Below are positions 1 to 9,470 of a DNA stretch of 64,000 nucleotides, piece after piece (position 1 is the first letter of the stretch; every line of letters begins with the position of its first letter). The notes under the pieces were generated by a model. It had not been told where the DNA came from. It did no database searches and saw only the letters and a program-made list of their open reading frames with translations. The position numbers and the translations under genes were made by a program. Origin of the DNA: Phycisphaerae bacterium (GTDB lineage Bacteria; Planctomycetota; Phycisphaerae; UBA1845; PWPN01); NCBI GenBank assembly GCA_012719955.1, contig JAAXZI010000159.1, positions 5,618-69,617 of the forward strand. Direction: 5' to 3'.

Positions 1-343
1 AGGCCTCCGAGCCGATGGAGAGTACCGGAGATTCGATGGAAACAAGTGCGGCGGTGCCGTTGGCCGCACCGGCCGTATCCCAGACCGCCCTGCGGCAGTG
101 AAAGATGCGCTCGCGACGGTCCGGCAGCCAGACCTGCACCTGGGACAATTCCTGGCTGGTAAATTCGAGGGGGCGAATCCGGCCGATGTCGGTTGGGAGA
201 TTGAAAAAACGCGTCAGTCGCTCCTCCGTGCGCCGGCGGTACAGCTCGCTGCGGTGATAGGCGCCGTACCCAAGGGTGGCGCCCAGGCTGACCGCCACGG
301 CGATGAAAACGAGAAGAGCGATGAGGACACGTCGTTTTCTCAT
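1..343 (-). CDS. hypothetical membrane-anchored protein, N-terminal part only (gene runs off left edge)
   Basis: Reverse-strand ATG at 343-341 opens a frame that stays open to position 1 (MRKRRVLIALLVFIAVAVSLGATLGYGAY...). This is a basic N-terminus followed by one hydrophobic helix, with G/C-rich third codon positions. It is absent from the ORF track because there is no stop in the window. The listed + ORF 98..454 is its shadow. Confidence 0.5.
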   Translation of the reverse strand, partial: MRKRRVLIALLVFIAVAVSLGATLGYGAYHRSELYRRRTEERLTRFFNLPTDIGRIRPLEFTSQELSQVQVWLPDRRERIFHCRRAVWDTAGAANGTAALVSIESPVLSIGSEA

Positions 344-491
344 GCCGGTACTGTAATCGGGGGGAGGCTGGGGAAACAACGGCAAGAGGATGCGGGGGCG
401 TCCGACCTCAACCCGCCATGCCGTCCAGGCTGGTCTGTATCCCGCCGTCCTTGAGCTGTACGGGGGTGCCTGCTCGGTTAGAATATCCCCG

Positions 492-2267
492 ATGTCCACG
501 CATGGCTTTTTTCATATTTCCCTGGCCGCCAAGTGCCGGCTGTTGTTCGGTCTGGCCGTGGCCCTGATCATTGGATCGGCCCTTTTTATCCCCTGGCGAA
601 TCCTGGAGAAGCTGGTCCGCGTCCACGACATGGATCGTGCCCGGTGGGCCGCCCAGGTGGCCCGGGCCTGGATCGATCCGTCCAACCCCGACTGGGGGCT
701 GCAACAGGCGCTGCTCGACCAATACTGGCGGGACAACGTCAGCGAAGACTTTAAGGCTGCACAGCCACGGCTGGTACCCCTGCCGGCCAGTGGAACTCTG
801 GGGCAGGTCCGCCCGGTGATTCCAAGACCACTGCAAGCCCCCCTCTCCTGGTCGACCAGGACGATTGGCTTCATGGTTCTGCACACGCCGACGGGCGAAA
901 CCGAGTGGCTCATCCCGGTGTCCTGGCACCTGATGCCCAAGAAGGTCCAGGATCGGATCGAGACGCTGGCCATTCGCACCGTCCGCTTCGGAAACCCGTT
1001 CCTGGACAAGACTCAGCGCCAGGCCGCGGCGGAGTTCCTGGCCGATGAGCGGTTGCAGGGTTTCAAGGGCCCAGTCGACGAACGGGCGGACGGGGCCACC
1101 GTTCATCGCTACCTGCTGCCCATCCGCAGTCTGGACGCCCGGACTCGCCGGCAGGTCCTGATCGGCATGATCGACGTGAAGCTGCCCACGCCCGAGACCG
1201 ACCAGGGGGTTCTGGTGGCCCGGCTGGTGATCGGCCTGGCCGGCGGGCTGGCCGGTTTTCTGGCCATCCTGGTGTTCTATCTCATCACTCAGAAACTGAT
1301 CCTGGCCCCCGTCCGGGATCTCAAGACGCTGGTCGAGCAGGTGGCCAACGGCGATCTCACCGCGCGTTCGCACATCGATACGGGCGATGAGTTCGCGGAG
1401 CTCTCCGTGGCCTTCAATGACATGCTCGAACGCCTCGAACGGGCGCGGGCCGAGCTGGAGAAGATCAACCGGTCGCTGGACGCGCGGCTGGGCGAATTGG
1501 CCGAGACCAACGTGGCCCTGTACGAATCCAACCGGCTCAAGAGCGAATTTCTGGCCAACGTCAGCCACGAGTTGCGCACCCCGCTGACCTCCATCATCGG
1601 GTTCGCCGACCTGATGCGCGACGCAGCCCAGGACGATCATCCGCTGGACAAGAGCCGCATCGCCCGCTACGCGCACAACATTCTCACCAGCGGGCGGATG
1701 CTGCTGGATATCATCAACGACCTGCTCGACCTGGCCAAGATCGAGGCCGGACGGGTGGACCTGCACCGGACCACCTTCTCGCTGCGCGACCTGTGTGAAG
1801 CGTTGGGCGATTTTCTCCGGCCCATGGTGGACAAGAAGGCTCAGACCCTCACCATCGAGCTTGACGACGAATTACCGCTGATGAGTTCAGACGCAGGCAA
1901 AATCCGCCAGGTGCTCTACAATCTGCTGAGCAACGCCAACAAGTACACGCCGGATGGCGGAGCGATCCGGCTGGAGGCGCGCCGCATGGCGGAAGACCGC
2001 ATCCGGCTGGTCATCGAAGACAACGGGCCGGGGATCGCACCGGAGGACCAGGAACGGATTTTCGAGAAATTCCGCCAGCTCGATTCGTCGGTGACCCGCG
2101 AGCACAGCGGCACCGGGCTGGGGCTGGCGATCAGCCGGGAGCTGTGCACGATGCTGGGCGGAACGATCCGCCTGGAGAGCGAGGTGGGACAGGGCGCCCG
2201 CTTTATCGTGGAGTTGCCCATCGAGGCCCCGGAAAACAGCCATCGTCCACTGCCGTCGCTCTCGTGA
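492..2267 (+). CDS. sensor histidine kinase (2 TM, HAMP, HisKA, HATPase_c)
   Basis: H-box SHELRTPLTSIIGFADLM, N-box LLSNANKYTP, G-boxes EDNGPGI and GTGLGLAISR, and a HAMP-like segment APVRDLKTLVEQVANGDLTAR. I chose the ATG at 492 (MSTHGFFHISL.. followed by a TM helix) over the track start at 390. Confidence 0.9.
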   Translation: MSTHGFFHISLAAKCRLLFGLAVALIIGSALFIPWRILEKLVRVHDMDRARWAAQVARAWIDPSNPDWGLQQALLDQYWRDNVSEDFKAAQPRLVPLPASGTLGQVRPVIPRPLQAPLSWSTRTIGFMVLHTPTGETEWLIPVSWHLMPKKVQDRIETLAIRTVRFGNPFLDKTQRQAAAEFLADERLQGFKGPVDERADGATVHRYLLPIRSLDARTRRQVLIGMIDVKLPTPETDQGVLVARLVIGLAGGLAGFLAILVFYLITQKLILAPVRDLKTLVEQVANGDLTARSHIDTGDEFAELSVAFNDMLERLERARAELEKINRSLDARLGELAETNVALYESNRLKSEFLANVSHELRTPLTSIIGFADLMRDAAQDDHPLDKSRIARYAHNILTSGRMLLDIINDLLDLAKIEAGRVDLHRTTFSLRDLCEALGDFLRPMVDKKAQTLTIELDDELPLMSSDAGKIRQVLYNLLSNANKYTPDGGAIRLEARRMAEDRIRLVIEDNGPGIAPEDQERIFEKFRQLDSSVTREHSGTGLGLAISRELCTMLGGTIRLESEVGQGARFIVELPIEAPENSHRPLPSLS

Positions 2268-2319
2268 ACCGGAGAGAACCCGTCACGCCGGTGACGGCGC
2301 AGCGCGAGGGAGCATTCGG

Positions 2320-2853
2320 ATGAGTAAACTCGGCCTGATCGTGGTCATCATGGTGGCCATTGTTCTGATTGTCCTGGTGGTGCTGCAATTCACCGCTGCG
2401 CCGCCGAGCCCGCCATCGCCTCCTCCCACCAACGGCATGGCCGCGCCGGACGCGAGTTCAGTTATGCTGGATGGACGGAAATGGCGGCTTGCCGATCAGC
2501 GCGGCAAGGTCGTGCTCCTGGATTTCTGGGCCACCTGGTGCCCGCCGTGTGTGGCCGCCATACCCGAGCTCAAAAAGATCCACGACACCTTCAAAGACCA
2601 CCCCGACTTCCTGCTGGTAGGCGTATCCGGAGACGAGGAAAAGTCGGCCCTGGAGTCTTTCATCCAGAAACGGGAGATTCCCTGGCTGCAGCTTTTCGAT
2701 ATGGCCGGCGACTACGAGATGAGTCGCAAATTCGACGTTACCCTGATTCCCACCACGTTCCTGATCGACCGCCAGGGCAACATCGCGGCGAAAAACCTGC
2801 CCACCGAACAGTTGATCAAGGAGATTGAACGGCTGCTGAAAGCGCCGGCGTGA
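2320..2853 (+). CDS. TlpA/ResA-like thioredoxin-fold thiol:disulfide oxidoreductase, membrane anchored
   Basis: N-terminal TM helix, a Pro-rich linker and the FWATWCPPC active-site motif (CxxC in a thioredoxin-fold context). Confidence 0.85.
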   Translation: MSKLGLIVVIMVAIVLIVLVVLQFTAAPPSPPSPPPTNGMAAPDASSVMLDGRKWRLADQRGKVVLLDFWATWCPPCVAAIPELKKIHDTFKDHPDFLLVGVSGDEEKSALESFIQKREIPWLQLFDMAGDYEMSRKFDVTLIPTTFLIDRQGNIAAKNLPTEQLIKEIERLLKAPA

Positions 2854-3085
2854 GCCACAGATCCCCTGCCCCCGGAGCGGCCAATGCAACCCCCGCAGGC
2901 AGGCCGGCGAGGGATACCGCTCTGCCCGGGGGATGGCAACGGGGCCGGTGGCTTGAAATCCCAGGTGACATCCGAACACTGGATCAGGCCCGCATCCTCC
3001 CGGAGCGCCGGCAGGAGCCTGGGCGCCGTACCTGACACCCGCGAACAGGAGCGAGCGACGAACGCGACAAAAAGGAGAGAGCACC

Positions 3086-5248
3086 ATGGCGCGAAAGATT
3101 CGACTGCCCGGCCACCTTCTCACTGCTGACCTCTTGCTTCTCACCTTGCCGCTGCTCCTGAGCGCCGGCGCAAAGGCCGCCGACCTGCCGAGACCGCCGA
3201 TCGAGGGCCTTCCCTTCCAGATCACAGCCTTCGACGCCCGTGACGTCGTGGCAGGACATCCGCGCGTCTTCTTCTCGCCGGAAGAAATCGAGCGTGCCCG
3301 GAAACACATCCAGGAAGATGCCGGCAGCAGGAAGGTTTTTGAGAAACTGATCGCCGACGCGGACCAGCAGCTCGAAGTGTCCCTCCAGCCCCTGGACGAG
3401 AGCTGGTGGGAAGCGAACCGGACCCGGCCCTGGGAAGAGACCTACCCACAGATTTTTCAGCACACCATGCGCGAGCCGGCCGTGTACGCTGTGGCCGCGA
3501 GCACGCTGGCAACGGCCTGGCTGCTCACCGATCGGGCGGAATATGAAGAGCAGGCCGGTAAGCTGCTGCTGCACCTGACCTCCTATCAGTTCAAGGCCGA
3601 GCACTACGACGTGGGCATGAACTACGCCATCTGGCTGCTGCACGCGCTGCGGGCGTATGACGCGCTGTTGCCGGAGCTTTCGACCGCGAAGCGCGAGCGC
3701 ATCGACGCGATGTTCACCCGCGGCGCATGGGCGGTGGCCAACAACGACATCTACTGGATCAAAAACAACATCGGCGGCGGACTCAACAACCACCTGGCGT
3801 GGCACAAGATGATACTCGGGCTGCTGGGCCTGTTTTATGACCGGCCGGAGATGGTCGAGTTCTGCCTGCACGGCCCGCGGGGGCTGGCGCCGCTGCTGGA
3901 GGATGGCCTGCTCGATGACGGGCTGTGGATCGAGAGCAGCCTTGGTTACCACTTCACCGGGATCGTGCCCATGGTTCTGTTCGCCGACAGTCAGAGGCGG
4001 ATGGACCGGTCACCCACGCTGTTTGACCTGACCCTCGCCAACGGCCGCACGCTCAAGCAGCCGCTCGACGCCATGTTCAATGTACTGGCGCCGGACGGGC
4101 TCATCCCGCCCATCGGCGATGCCTACGGCGGGCGAAACAGGCTGTGGGACAATTCCATCTACGAGTACGGGTGGTGCGCGTGGGGCGACCCCAAATACGC
4201 ATGGCTGCTGTCCAAGGCCAGGAGCCGTTCCGTCCAGTCGCTGTTCTCTCCACCCCTTCCGAAGGAGGTGACCGCCCCGCCGGTGCGTTCCATCCTGTTG
4301 CCGGAGCATGGCTACGTCTTCCTGCGTTCGCATGAGGATGACGCCTACTGGGACAACCCCCAGGCGCGGTGCGCGTTTCTCACCTACGATCGCAGCCACG
4401 TCCATTCCAATGCCGACAAGCTGAGCCTGATGCTCTTCGGGCAGAATCGGATGCTGGTGTCGGACGTCGAGGGCAAGGCCACCGTGCCGCATGCCTTCAG
4501 CAGCAGAATCCAGCGCGAACTCAACCGCGGCGGCCTGAGCCAGAACACGGTCATGATCGACGGTCGGGATCAGCGCAGCGAGGGGCGGATGCTGCGTCTG
4601 GTCGAATATCGCGACACCCCTGCCGAAAAACGTGCCACCGCCGCTGACGAGGAAGGATTGCTCTATCCCGGAGTGCGGCAGATGCGCACCATCTGCATGA
4701 CCCCGGAGTACGTGCTGGATGTCTTTCAAGTGAATTGCACGGCCGGGCCGGGCACTGCGCCTACCGAGCGGGAGCGACAGATCGACTGGATCGTCCACAT
4801 CATGGACGAGAAGGCCGGCGCCCCGCCGGAGCACAACCCGGCCCTGAACACATTGAAGCCTTTTGAGCTGCCCCAGACGGGCGCGTGGCCGTGGCTGAAA
4901 GACGCAAAGGCCACGGAAAACGGTCTAGGCAGTCTCCTCGTGGATGGGCGGATCGCCTTCGACTGGCGTGGCGAGGGGGCCCGGCTGCGCCTGCAGATGC
5001 TTGATCCCGGTGCGGAGCGGGTGATCGTCTGTGGGTATCCGGCCACGGATGAGCCCGGCGCAGGGACGATCCCGATGCTGATCGTCCGGCGGCGCGGCCC
5101 GTCGGCCGTATTCGCGGCCATCTGGCTGGTCGGCAATGAGGTGAAGCAGGCCCGCCTGACGTCCCTGCCGGGCCGCCCCGGACAGTTGTTGTACGAGGTG
5201 CAGGTCGATGGGCGCACACGGCGACACCTGGTACCGGTTCTGCATTAA
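3086..5248 (+). CDS. secreted heparinase II/III-like / alginate-lyase-like polysaccharide lyase family protein
   Basis: Signal peptide (LLLLTLPLLLSAGAKA). The central segment YDRSHVHSNADKLSLMLFGQNRMLVSDVEG resembles the heparinase II/III H-x-H...D...L signature. Size is about 720 aa. The family call is by eye only. Confidence 0.65.
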   Translation: MARKIRLPGHLLTADLLLLTLPLLLSAGAKAADLPRPPIEGLPFQITAFDARDVVAGHPRVFFSPEEIERARKHIQEDAGSRKVFEKLIADADQQLEVSLQPLDESWWEANRTRPWEETYPQIFQHTMREPAVYAVAASTLATAWLLTDRAEYEEQAGKLLLHLTSYQFKAEHYDVGMNYAIWLLHALRAYDALLPELSTAKRERIDAMFTRGAWAVANNDIYWIKNNIGGGLNNHLAWHKMILGLLGLFYDRPEMVEFCLHGPRGLAPLLEDGLLDDGLWIESSLGYHFTGIVPMVLFADSQRRMDRSPTLFDLTLANGRTLKQPLDAMFNVLAPDGLIPPIGDAYGGRNRLWDNSIYEYGWCAWGDPKYAWLLSKARSRSVQSLFSPPLPKEVTAPPVRSILLPEHGYVFLRSHEDDAYWDNPQARCAFLTYDRSHVHSNADKLSLMLFGQNRMLVSDVEGKATVPHAFSSRIQRELNRGGLSQNTVMIDGRDQRSEGRMLRLVEYRDTPAEKRATAADEEGLLYPGVRQMRTICMTPEYVLDVFQVNCTAGPGTAPTERERQIDWIVHIMDEKAGAPPEHNPALNTLKPFELPQTGAWPWLKDAKATENGLGSLLVDGRIAFDWRGEGARLRLQMLDPGAERVIVCGYPATDEPGAGTIPMLIVRRRGPSAVFAAIWLVGNEVKQARLTSLPGRPGQLLYEVQVDGRTRRHLVPVLH

Positions 5249-5266
5249 GTACCGGTTCTGCATTAA
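5231..5266. repeat. perfect 18-bp tandem duplication (gtaccggttctgcattaa x2) spanning the stop codon of the preceding gene
   Basis: Read directly: 5231-5248 and 5249-5266 are identical. The first copy holds the last five codons plus TAA of CDS 3086..5248. Confidence 0.95.
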
Positions 5267-5356
5267 AACCAGGTACGCCACGCGCTCCCTCAACTGCGCC
5301 TGGCATGTAACCGCGTTTCGGGAGATCAATTGAACCACCCCGAGGCGCAGTTAAAT

Positions 5357-5480
5357 CGCCCCGTAGGGGCGAAGCGAGAGTAGCCACGGGTGGAGCGCAG
5401 CGGAACCCGTGGTTGGCGTGCCTCTCCAAATCTTCTGCCGCCCCGGCAGGGGCGGCGTGAACTCTTCACGAGAGATTCAC
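5357..5480. repeat. family D three-hairpin intergenic repeat, copy 1
   Basis: It has three hairpins: GCCCC-gta-GGGGC; GTAG + CCACGGGT-N13-ACCCGTGG; and GCCGCCCC-ggca-GGGGCGGC. It is near-identical to 41847..41970. The 39-nt core gagagtagccacgggtggagcg[c/a]agcggaacccgtggtt differs at 1 position, and ctgccgccccggcaggggcggcgtga is identical. Confidence 0.9.
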
Positions 5481-5736
5481 CCCAATCCAGTCGGTCCAAG
5501 AGTCTTGTGCTTCGACCCATGAGGCGGGCAGGATGCCCGCCCCCCCTGATGGGCCCGGCCGCTTCACCATAATCCTTTGCTGGATCCTGGTCGCCTCCAC
5601 ACTTAATCAGAGCCCTTGCATTTCATCCTCGTCTACCGTCTACTGGTAACTTTGCCGCCGGCGATTTCGCCGGCCGCGGGAATATCATACAGAGCGGTTC
5701 GGCCGGCCAGGCCCCGACTCGAGCAGGAGGTCAACC

Positions 5737-6972
5737 ATGTCAGATCGAGACAGCGGCAACAGAGTAGGACGCCGATCGTTCATTGCCGGGGCAGCCGCCG
5801 CCGGTATAACCATCGTGAAGCCCTCGCTGGTACGCGGCACGCAGGCCAATTCGACGGTCGACCTCGGGCTCATCGGCTGCGGCGGACGCGGCAACTGGAT
5901 CATTCCCTTGTTCCAGGATACCAAGAACGGCCATTACCGGTTCGTCGCCTGCTGCGACTACTACCAGGACCACGTGGACAGAACCGGCGACAAGCTGGGC
6001 ATACCGGCCAGCCGCCGCTACACCACCCTCTCGGGCTACAAGCGGCTGATCGACAGCAAGCTCGACGCGGTGGTCATTGAGACCCCGCCCTATTTCCATC
6101 CGGAGCAAGCGGCCGCCACGGTGGATGCGGGCAAGCACGTGTACCTGGCCAAGCCCATCGCCGTGGATGTGCCCGGCTGCAAGTCGATCGACGCCTCGGG
6201 CCGGAAAGCCACGGAAATGAAGCTGGTGTTCCTGGTCGACTTCCAGACCCGGGCCGACAAACACTACCAGGAGGCCGTCCGGCGGGTTCACGAAGGCGAC
6301 ATCGGCCGGCTGGTCTGCGGCGAAGCCCGCTACCCGTGGGGCGTCGGGAACTTCCCCGGCCCGGCCACGCCGGAGGATCGTCTGCGCCGCTGGTACTGCT
6401 ACAAGGCCCTCTCCGGCGATTTCATCATCGAGCAGAACATCCACACCCTGGACGTGGCCACCTGGTTCATCAACGCCGACCCGATCCAGGCCGTCGGCAT
6501 CGGCGGCAGCAAGCGACTGCGCAGCTACGGCGATATCTGGGACCATTTCGCGGTCATCTTCACCTTCCCCAGCAAGGAAGGCAGCCCGTTCGTGCTGTCC
6601 TACAGCGGCAACCAGGCCACGCCCGGCGCGCCCAACGAGATCCCCTGCCGGATCTACGGTTCGCGCGCCACGGTGGACACGGATTACTACACCCACGTGT
6701 GGATCCATGGTGATCCCAAGTCCGGCAAGCCCTACGACAGCGGCGTCTTCAAGGACCTCTACAGCACCGGCACGGCCAACAACATCCGCACTTTCTACCA
6801 GTCCATCATGGAGGGCAACTACTCGAACCCGACCGTGGCCCCGTCGGTCCGGAGCAACCTCACCTGCGTCATGGGGCGGGACGCCGCCTATCGCGGCAAG
6901 CCCATCACCTGGGATGAGCTGATGAAGTCGGATGAGCGGCTGGAACTGGATCTCACGGGCCTGAAGGCCTGA
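5737..6972 (+). CDS. Gfo/Idh/MocA family oxidoreductase with twin-arginine (TAT) signal
   Basis: RRSFIAGAAAAG TAT motif, GLIGCGGRGN Rossmann motif, and AGGAGG 6 nt upstream of the ATG. Confidence 0.85.
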   Translation: MSDRDSGNRVGRRSFIAGAAAAGITIVKPSLVRGTQANSTVDLGLIGCGGRGNWIIPLFQDTKNGHYRFVACCDYYQDHVDRTGDKLGIPASRRYTTLSGYKRLIDSKLDAVVIETPPYFHPEQAAATVDAGKHVYLAKPIAVDVPGCKSIDASGRKATEMKLVFLVDFQTRADKHYQEAVRRVHEGDIGRLVCGEARYPWGVGNFPGPATPEDRLRRWYCYKALSGDFIIEQNIHTLDVATWFINADPIQAVGIGGSKRLRSYGDIWDHFAVIFTFPSKEGSPFVLSYSGNQATPGAPNEIPCRIYGSRATVDTDYYTHVWIHGDPKSGKPYDSGVFKDLYSTGTANNIRTFYQSIMEGNYSNPTVAPSVRSNLTCVMGRDAAYRGKPITWDELMKSDERLELDLTGLKA

Positions 6973-6997
6973 TTGCCCGTTCTGAGGAGACCACCAC

Positions 6998-7342
6998 TTG
7001 CGTAAGGTGATGCTTTCAAGTGTCTGCGCCCTCTTTTCCCTGGTTTTCGGAGGATGCATCGATCTGGGGGGTGCTGCGGATCTGCTGCCCGTCGGAACCC
7101 CCTTCGTGGTTCGCGGAACCATGACCGTCGGCGGCAACGAGACCTGCCTGCGATGGCAGGCGGACAATGGCGTAACCTACTACCTGTACCAGGATGCGCT
7201 CCTGGACAACACCGTTTTCGACCGGATCACCACGCCGGGGGTCACATCACGGCTGGTGGTGGCCACGCGCAGCGATCTGCCGGCCCCCTGCACGGTCGAC
7301 CGGGTCGTGCAGGTCCAGGAGGCGCTGGAGATCGTTGAATAG
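6998..7342 (+). CDS. small hypothetical lipoprotein
   Basis: TTG start, signal peptide ending in the lipobox-like LVFGGC, and two further Cys. It lies 17 nt upstream of the next gene on the same strand. Confidence 0.45.
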   Translation: MRKVMLSSVCALFSLVFGGCIDLGGAADLLPVGTPFVVRGTMTVGGNETCLRWQADNGVTYYLYQDALLDNTVFDRITTPGVTSRLVVATRSDLPAPCTVDRVVQVQEALEIVE

Positions 7343-7359
7343 CCGCACGGAGACTGCTC

Positions 7360-8886
7360 ATGCGGACACAGGCTGCCTGTCGCGCGGTCGGTCCGATCTG
7401 CCTGTTGCTTACAGCGGCAGGCGGCTGCGGGCCGATGGACCTTCTGGGCCTCACGGATGACGGCGGCGCCGTGTTCATCCTGGACGTGGAGCGGCTCGCT
7501 TCGCCGACCGTTACCGAGCCGGGGCTGTACCGGCCGGAGTTCGTATTCCCCATCGACCCCAACGATCCTTCATCCCCGCGAGCGGCGGGCTTTTTCCTTG
7601 AAATCGCCGCTGACGCCCCCGAGCGGCTGGAGATGCGCGCGCTGGGTGGGCCGGGGGTTGCGCCCACGCCGTTGAAGCGCATTTCCCCGCTGGCCGGCGA
7701 AGCGCTGGCGTCTCCGACCGGCTGGGACTTGCCGGAGGAGGCCCGCACTCTGCTGCTGGACGGCGTGGGCGTGTTCTGGCTCGATGCCCCTCCGCGCCGA
7801 GGGCGCGTGCTCTATCAGCGCGTCGGCGTGGTCCTGCCGGACACGTGGAGCGGCGCGAGCATCACCCTGGACGTCTGCATCGCCCCGTCCCCCACCGGCG
7901 CGGTGATGCCGGGGGCCCATATCGAGCTGGCGCGCGATTTCTTCTACATGGCGGCCATCGGGGACTCGGTCATGTGGGGCAACGGCCTGCGCGAGCCGGA
8001 TAAGTTCTCGCGCCGGGTCGCGGCGGAAATCGAGCGGCGCACCGGCCGGCGCGTCGTCCTCCAGGTGCACGCGATCTCTGGTGTGCGGATCGTGCCCTCT
8101 CCCGAGGATGTGATCTGCCGGGTGCGCTGCAACGGCGAGGTGCAGACCGCCACCACCTCCGTCACCGCCCAGGTGGACCTGCTGGAGGCCCCCGAACGGC
8201 TGGAACTGGTGCTGATGGACGGTTGCATCAATGACGTCGGGTTGCTGCGGATTCTGAACACCGATACCCAGCCCGAGGCGCTCGCCGAATTAACGCATCA
8301 GTTCTGCCACGACGAGATGCTCAAACTGCTGGACAAGACGCGTCTGGCCGCGCCCGCCGCAAAGATCGTCGTCACCGGCTATTACGACATCGTCAGCCTG
8401 GAATCGAGACTGCCCGAACTGGCCCAGTACATCCTGGCGAGCGGAGTGGACGATGACCCGAGCGGGCTGGGCGCGGCCCCGGAGATCGCCGAGCAGACGC
8501 GCCTCTTCCGGGAGATCGCCCATGCGTCGCTGTCGGCGGCCGTGGAGGAAACCAACGCCGCGGCCGCGGAACCGGCGCGCATCGCTTTCGTGGATCCTGG
8601 TTTCGGCCCCCAAAACGCTCTTTTCGCCTCGGAAACCCTGCTCTGGGGTCTGACCGCCGATCGCATTCAGCAGGCGGCGGCCAACGAAGGGTTGACCCTC
8701 TTCCCGGAAGACCCGCTGGCCGACCTGCGGGCCACCGGATGCTTCAACAACCGGCTGGTGAACCCCCTCGGGTGCCTCTACGCTTCGGTGGGCCATCCGA
8801 ATCCGGCCGGCGCGAAACGCTACGCCGAGGCCATCATCCCGGTCCTGGAACAGTTCGGCGTCATCCCGGCCGCGGAGCTCCCGTAG
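7360..8886 (+). CDS. SGNH/GDSL-like hydrolase lipoprotein
   Basis: Lipobox LLTAAGGC. The block I motif AAIGDSVMWGNG has a GDS serine. Later segments are VVTGYYD and a GHPN-type block. The N-terminal ~190 aa are of unknown type. Confidence 0.65.
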   Translation: MRTQAACRAVGPICLLLTAAGGCGPMDLLGLTDDGGAVFILDVERLASPTVTEPGLYRPEFVFPIDPNDPSSPRAAGFFLEIAADAPERLEMRALGGPGVAPTPLKRISPLAGEALASPTGWDLPEEARTLLLDGVGVFWLDAPPRRGRVLYQRVGVVLPDTWSGASITLDVCIAPSPTGAVMPGAHIELARDFFYMAAIGDSVMWGNGLREPDKFSRRVAAEIERRTGRRVVLQVHAISGVRIVPSPEDVICRVRCNGEVQTATTSVTAQVDLLEAPERLELVLMDGCINDVGLLRILNTDTQPEALAELTHQFCHDEMLKLLDKTRLAAPAAKIVVTGYYDIVSLESRLPELAQYILASGVDDDPSGLGAAPEIAEQTRLFREIAHASLSAAVEETNAAAAEPARIAFVDPGFGPQNALFASETLLWGLTADRIQQAAANEGLTLFPEDPLADLRATGCFNNRLVNPLGCLYASVGHPNPAGAKRYAEAIIPVLEQFGVIPAAELP

Positions 8887-8903
8887 CGCCACAACTCCGC
8901 GGC

Positions 8904-9470
8904 TTACCGATAGCGGTGGAACCCGCTGGCCTCTTTCAGACGCTCCAGCATCTCGAACACGATCGGGCAGGTTTCGGCACGCTCGATAATCGCGATCATG
9001 CGCGAGGCGATGTTTCCCCCGATATAGGGATAACCCCGGCAGGCCTCCGGACGGTCTTCATAGATGCCGCATCGGTTGCCTTCGAGAAACACGCAGGGCG
9101 CCCGCAGTGCCGGCTCGTCGTCGTCAAGCGGGTCCATGTGCTGTTCCCGGAAACTCGAAACGGGCAGATTCAGGCGGGCGGCCAGCCGTTCGACCTCGGC
9201 CTCGTCCACGGGTACGTGGCAGCTCCGGCAGCAGGCCCCGCAGGTGGTACAGTCCATCTGGGCTTCGGCCTCACGGCCAAATTGTGCCGCCAGGCGATCG
9301 ATCTCCCGCGTTCGACGCAGGGACTGGCGTTTGAGAAAGGAACGGAAGCGCCAGTTCTCCTCTTTCCGTTCGGCGGCCAGACGAGCAACCGTGTGGGGAT
9401 CCTTCTCCATGGAAGACATCCTCGGGACTGGAACCACGCCCCTGCGTCCAACGGTCACCGCCGGCTTCAT
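8904..9470 (-). CDS. YkgJ-family cysteine-cluster (zinc/iron-chelating) protein
   Basis: CTTCGACCRSC cluster plus a C-terminal C..C cluster (CVFLEGNRCGIY..RPEACRGYP). Its ATG overlaps the stop of the upstream ctp-like gene (ATGA on the minus strand at 9467-9470). Confidence 0.7.
   Translation of the reverse strand: MKPAVTVGRRGVVPVPRMSSMEKDPHTVARLAAERKEENWRFRSFLKRQSLRRTREIDRLAAQFGREAEAQMDCTTCGACCRSCHVPVDEAEVERLAARLNLPVSSFREQHMDPLDDDEPALRAPCVFLEGNRCGIYEDRPEACRGYPYIGGNIASRMIAIIERAETCPIVFEMLERLKEASGFHRYR

Noticed and set aside
408-1766. Long antisense ORFs opposite well-supported genes. Examples: 408..1766 -, 5740..7167 -, 9623..10975 +, 12064..13113 +, 17778..18791 -, 19559..20860 +, 21288..22964 +, 26146..27918 +, 36410..37570 -, 40219..41565 -, 42277..43419 -, 43614..44648 -, 45682..47115 +, 47393..48532 +, 48722..49753 -, 54909..56063 -, 56067..57773 -, 59503..60816 +, 63257..63949 -.
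   Set aside because: Each is fully or mostly overlapped by an opposite-strand gene with clear family motifs (HK, ClpB, DnaK, IlvC, sulfatase, GH2 and others). Their translations are Arg/Gly/Ala/Pro/His-rich with no motifs. This is the usual stop-codon-poor shadow-frame effect in GC-rich DNA.
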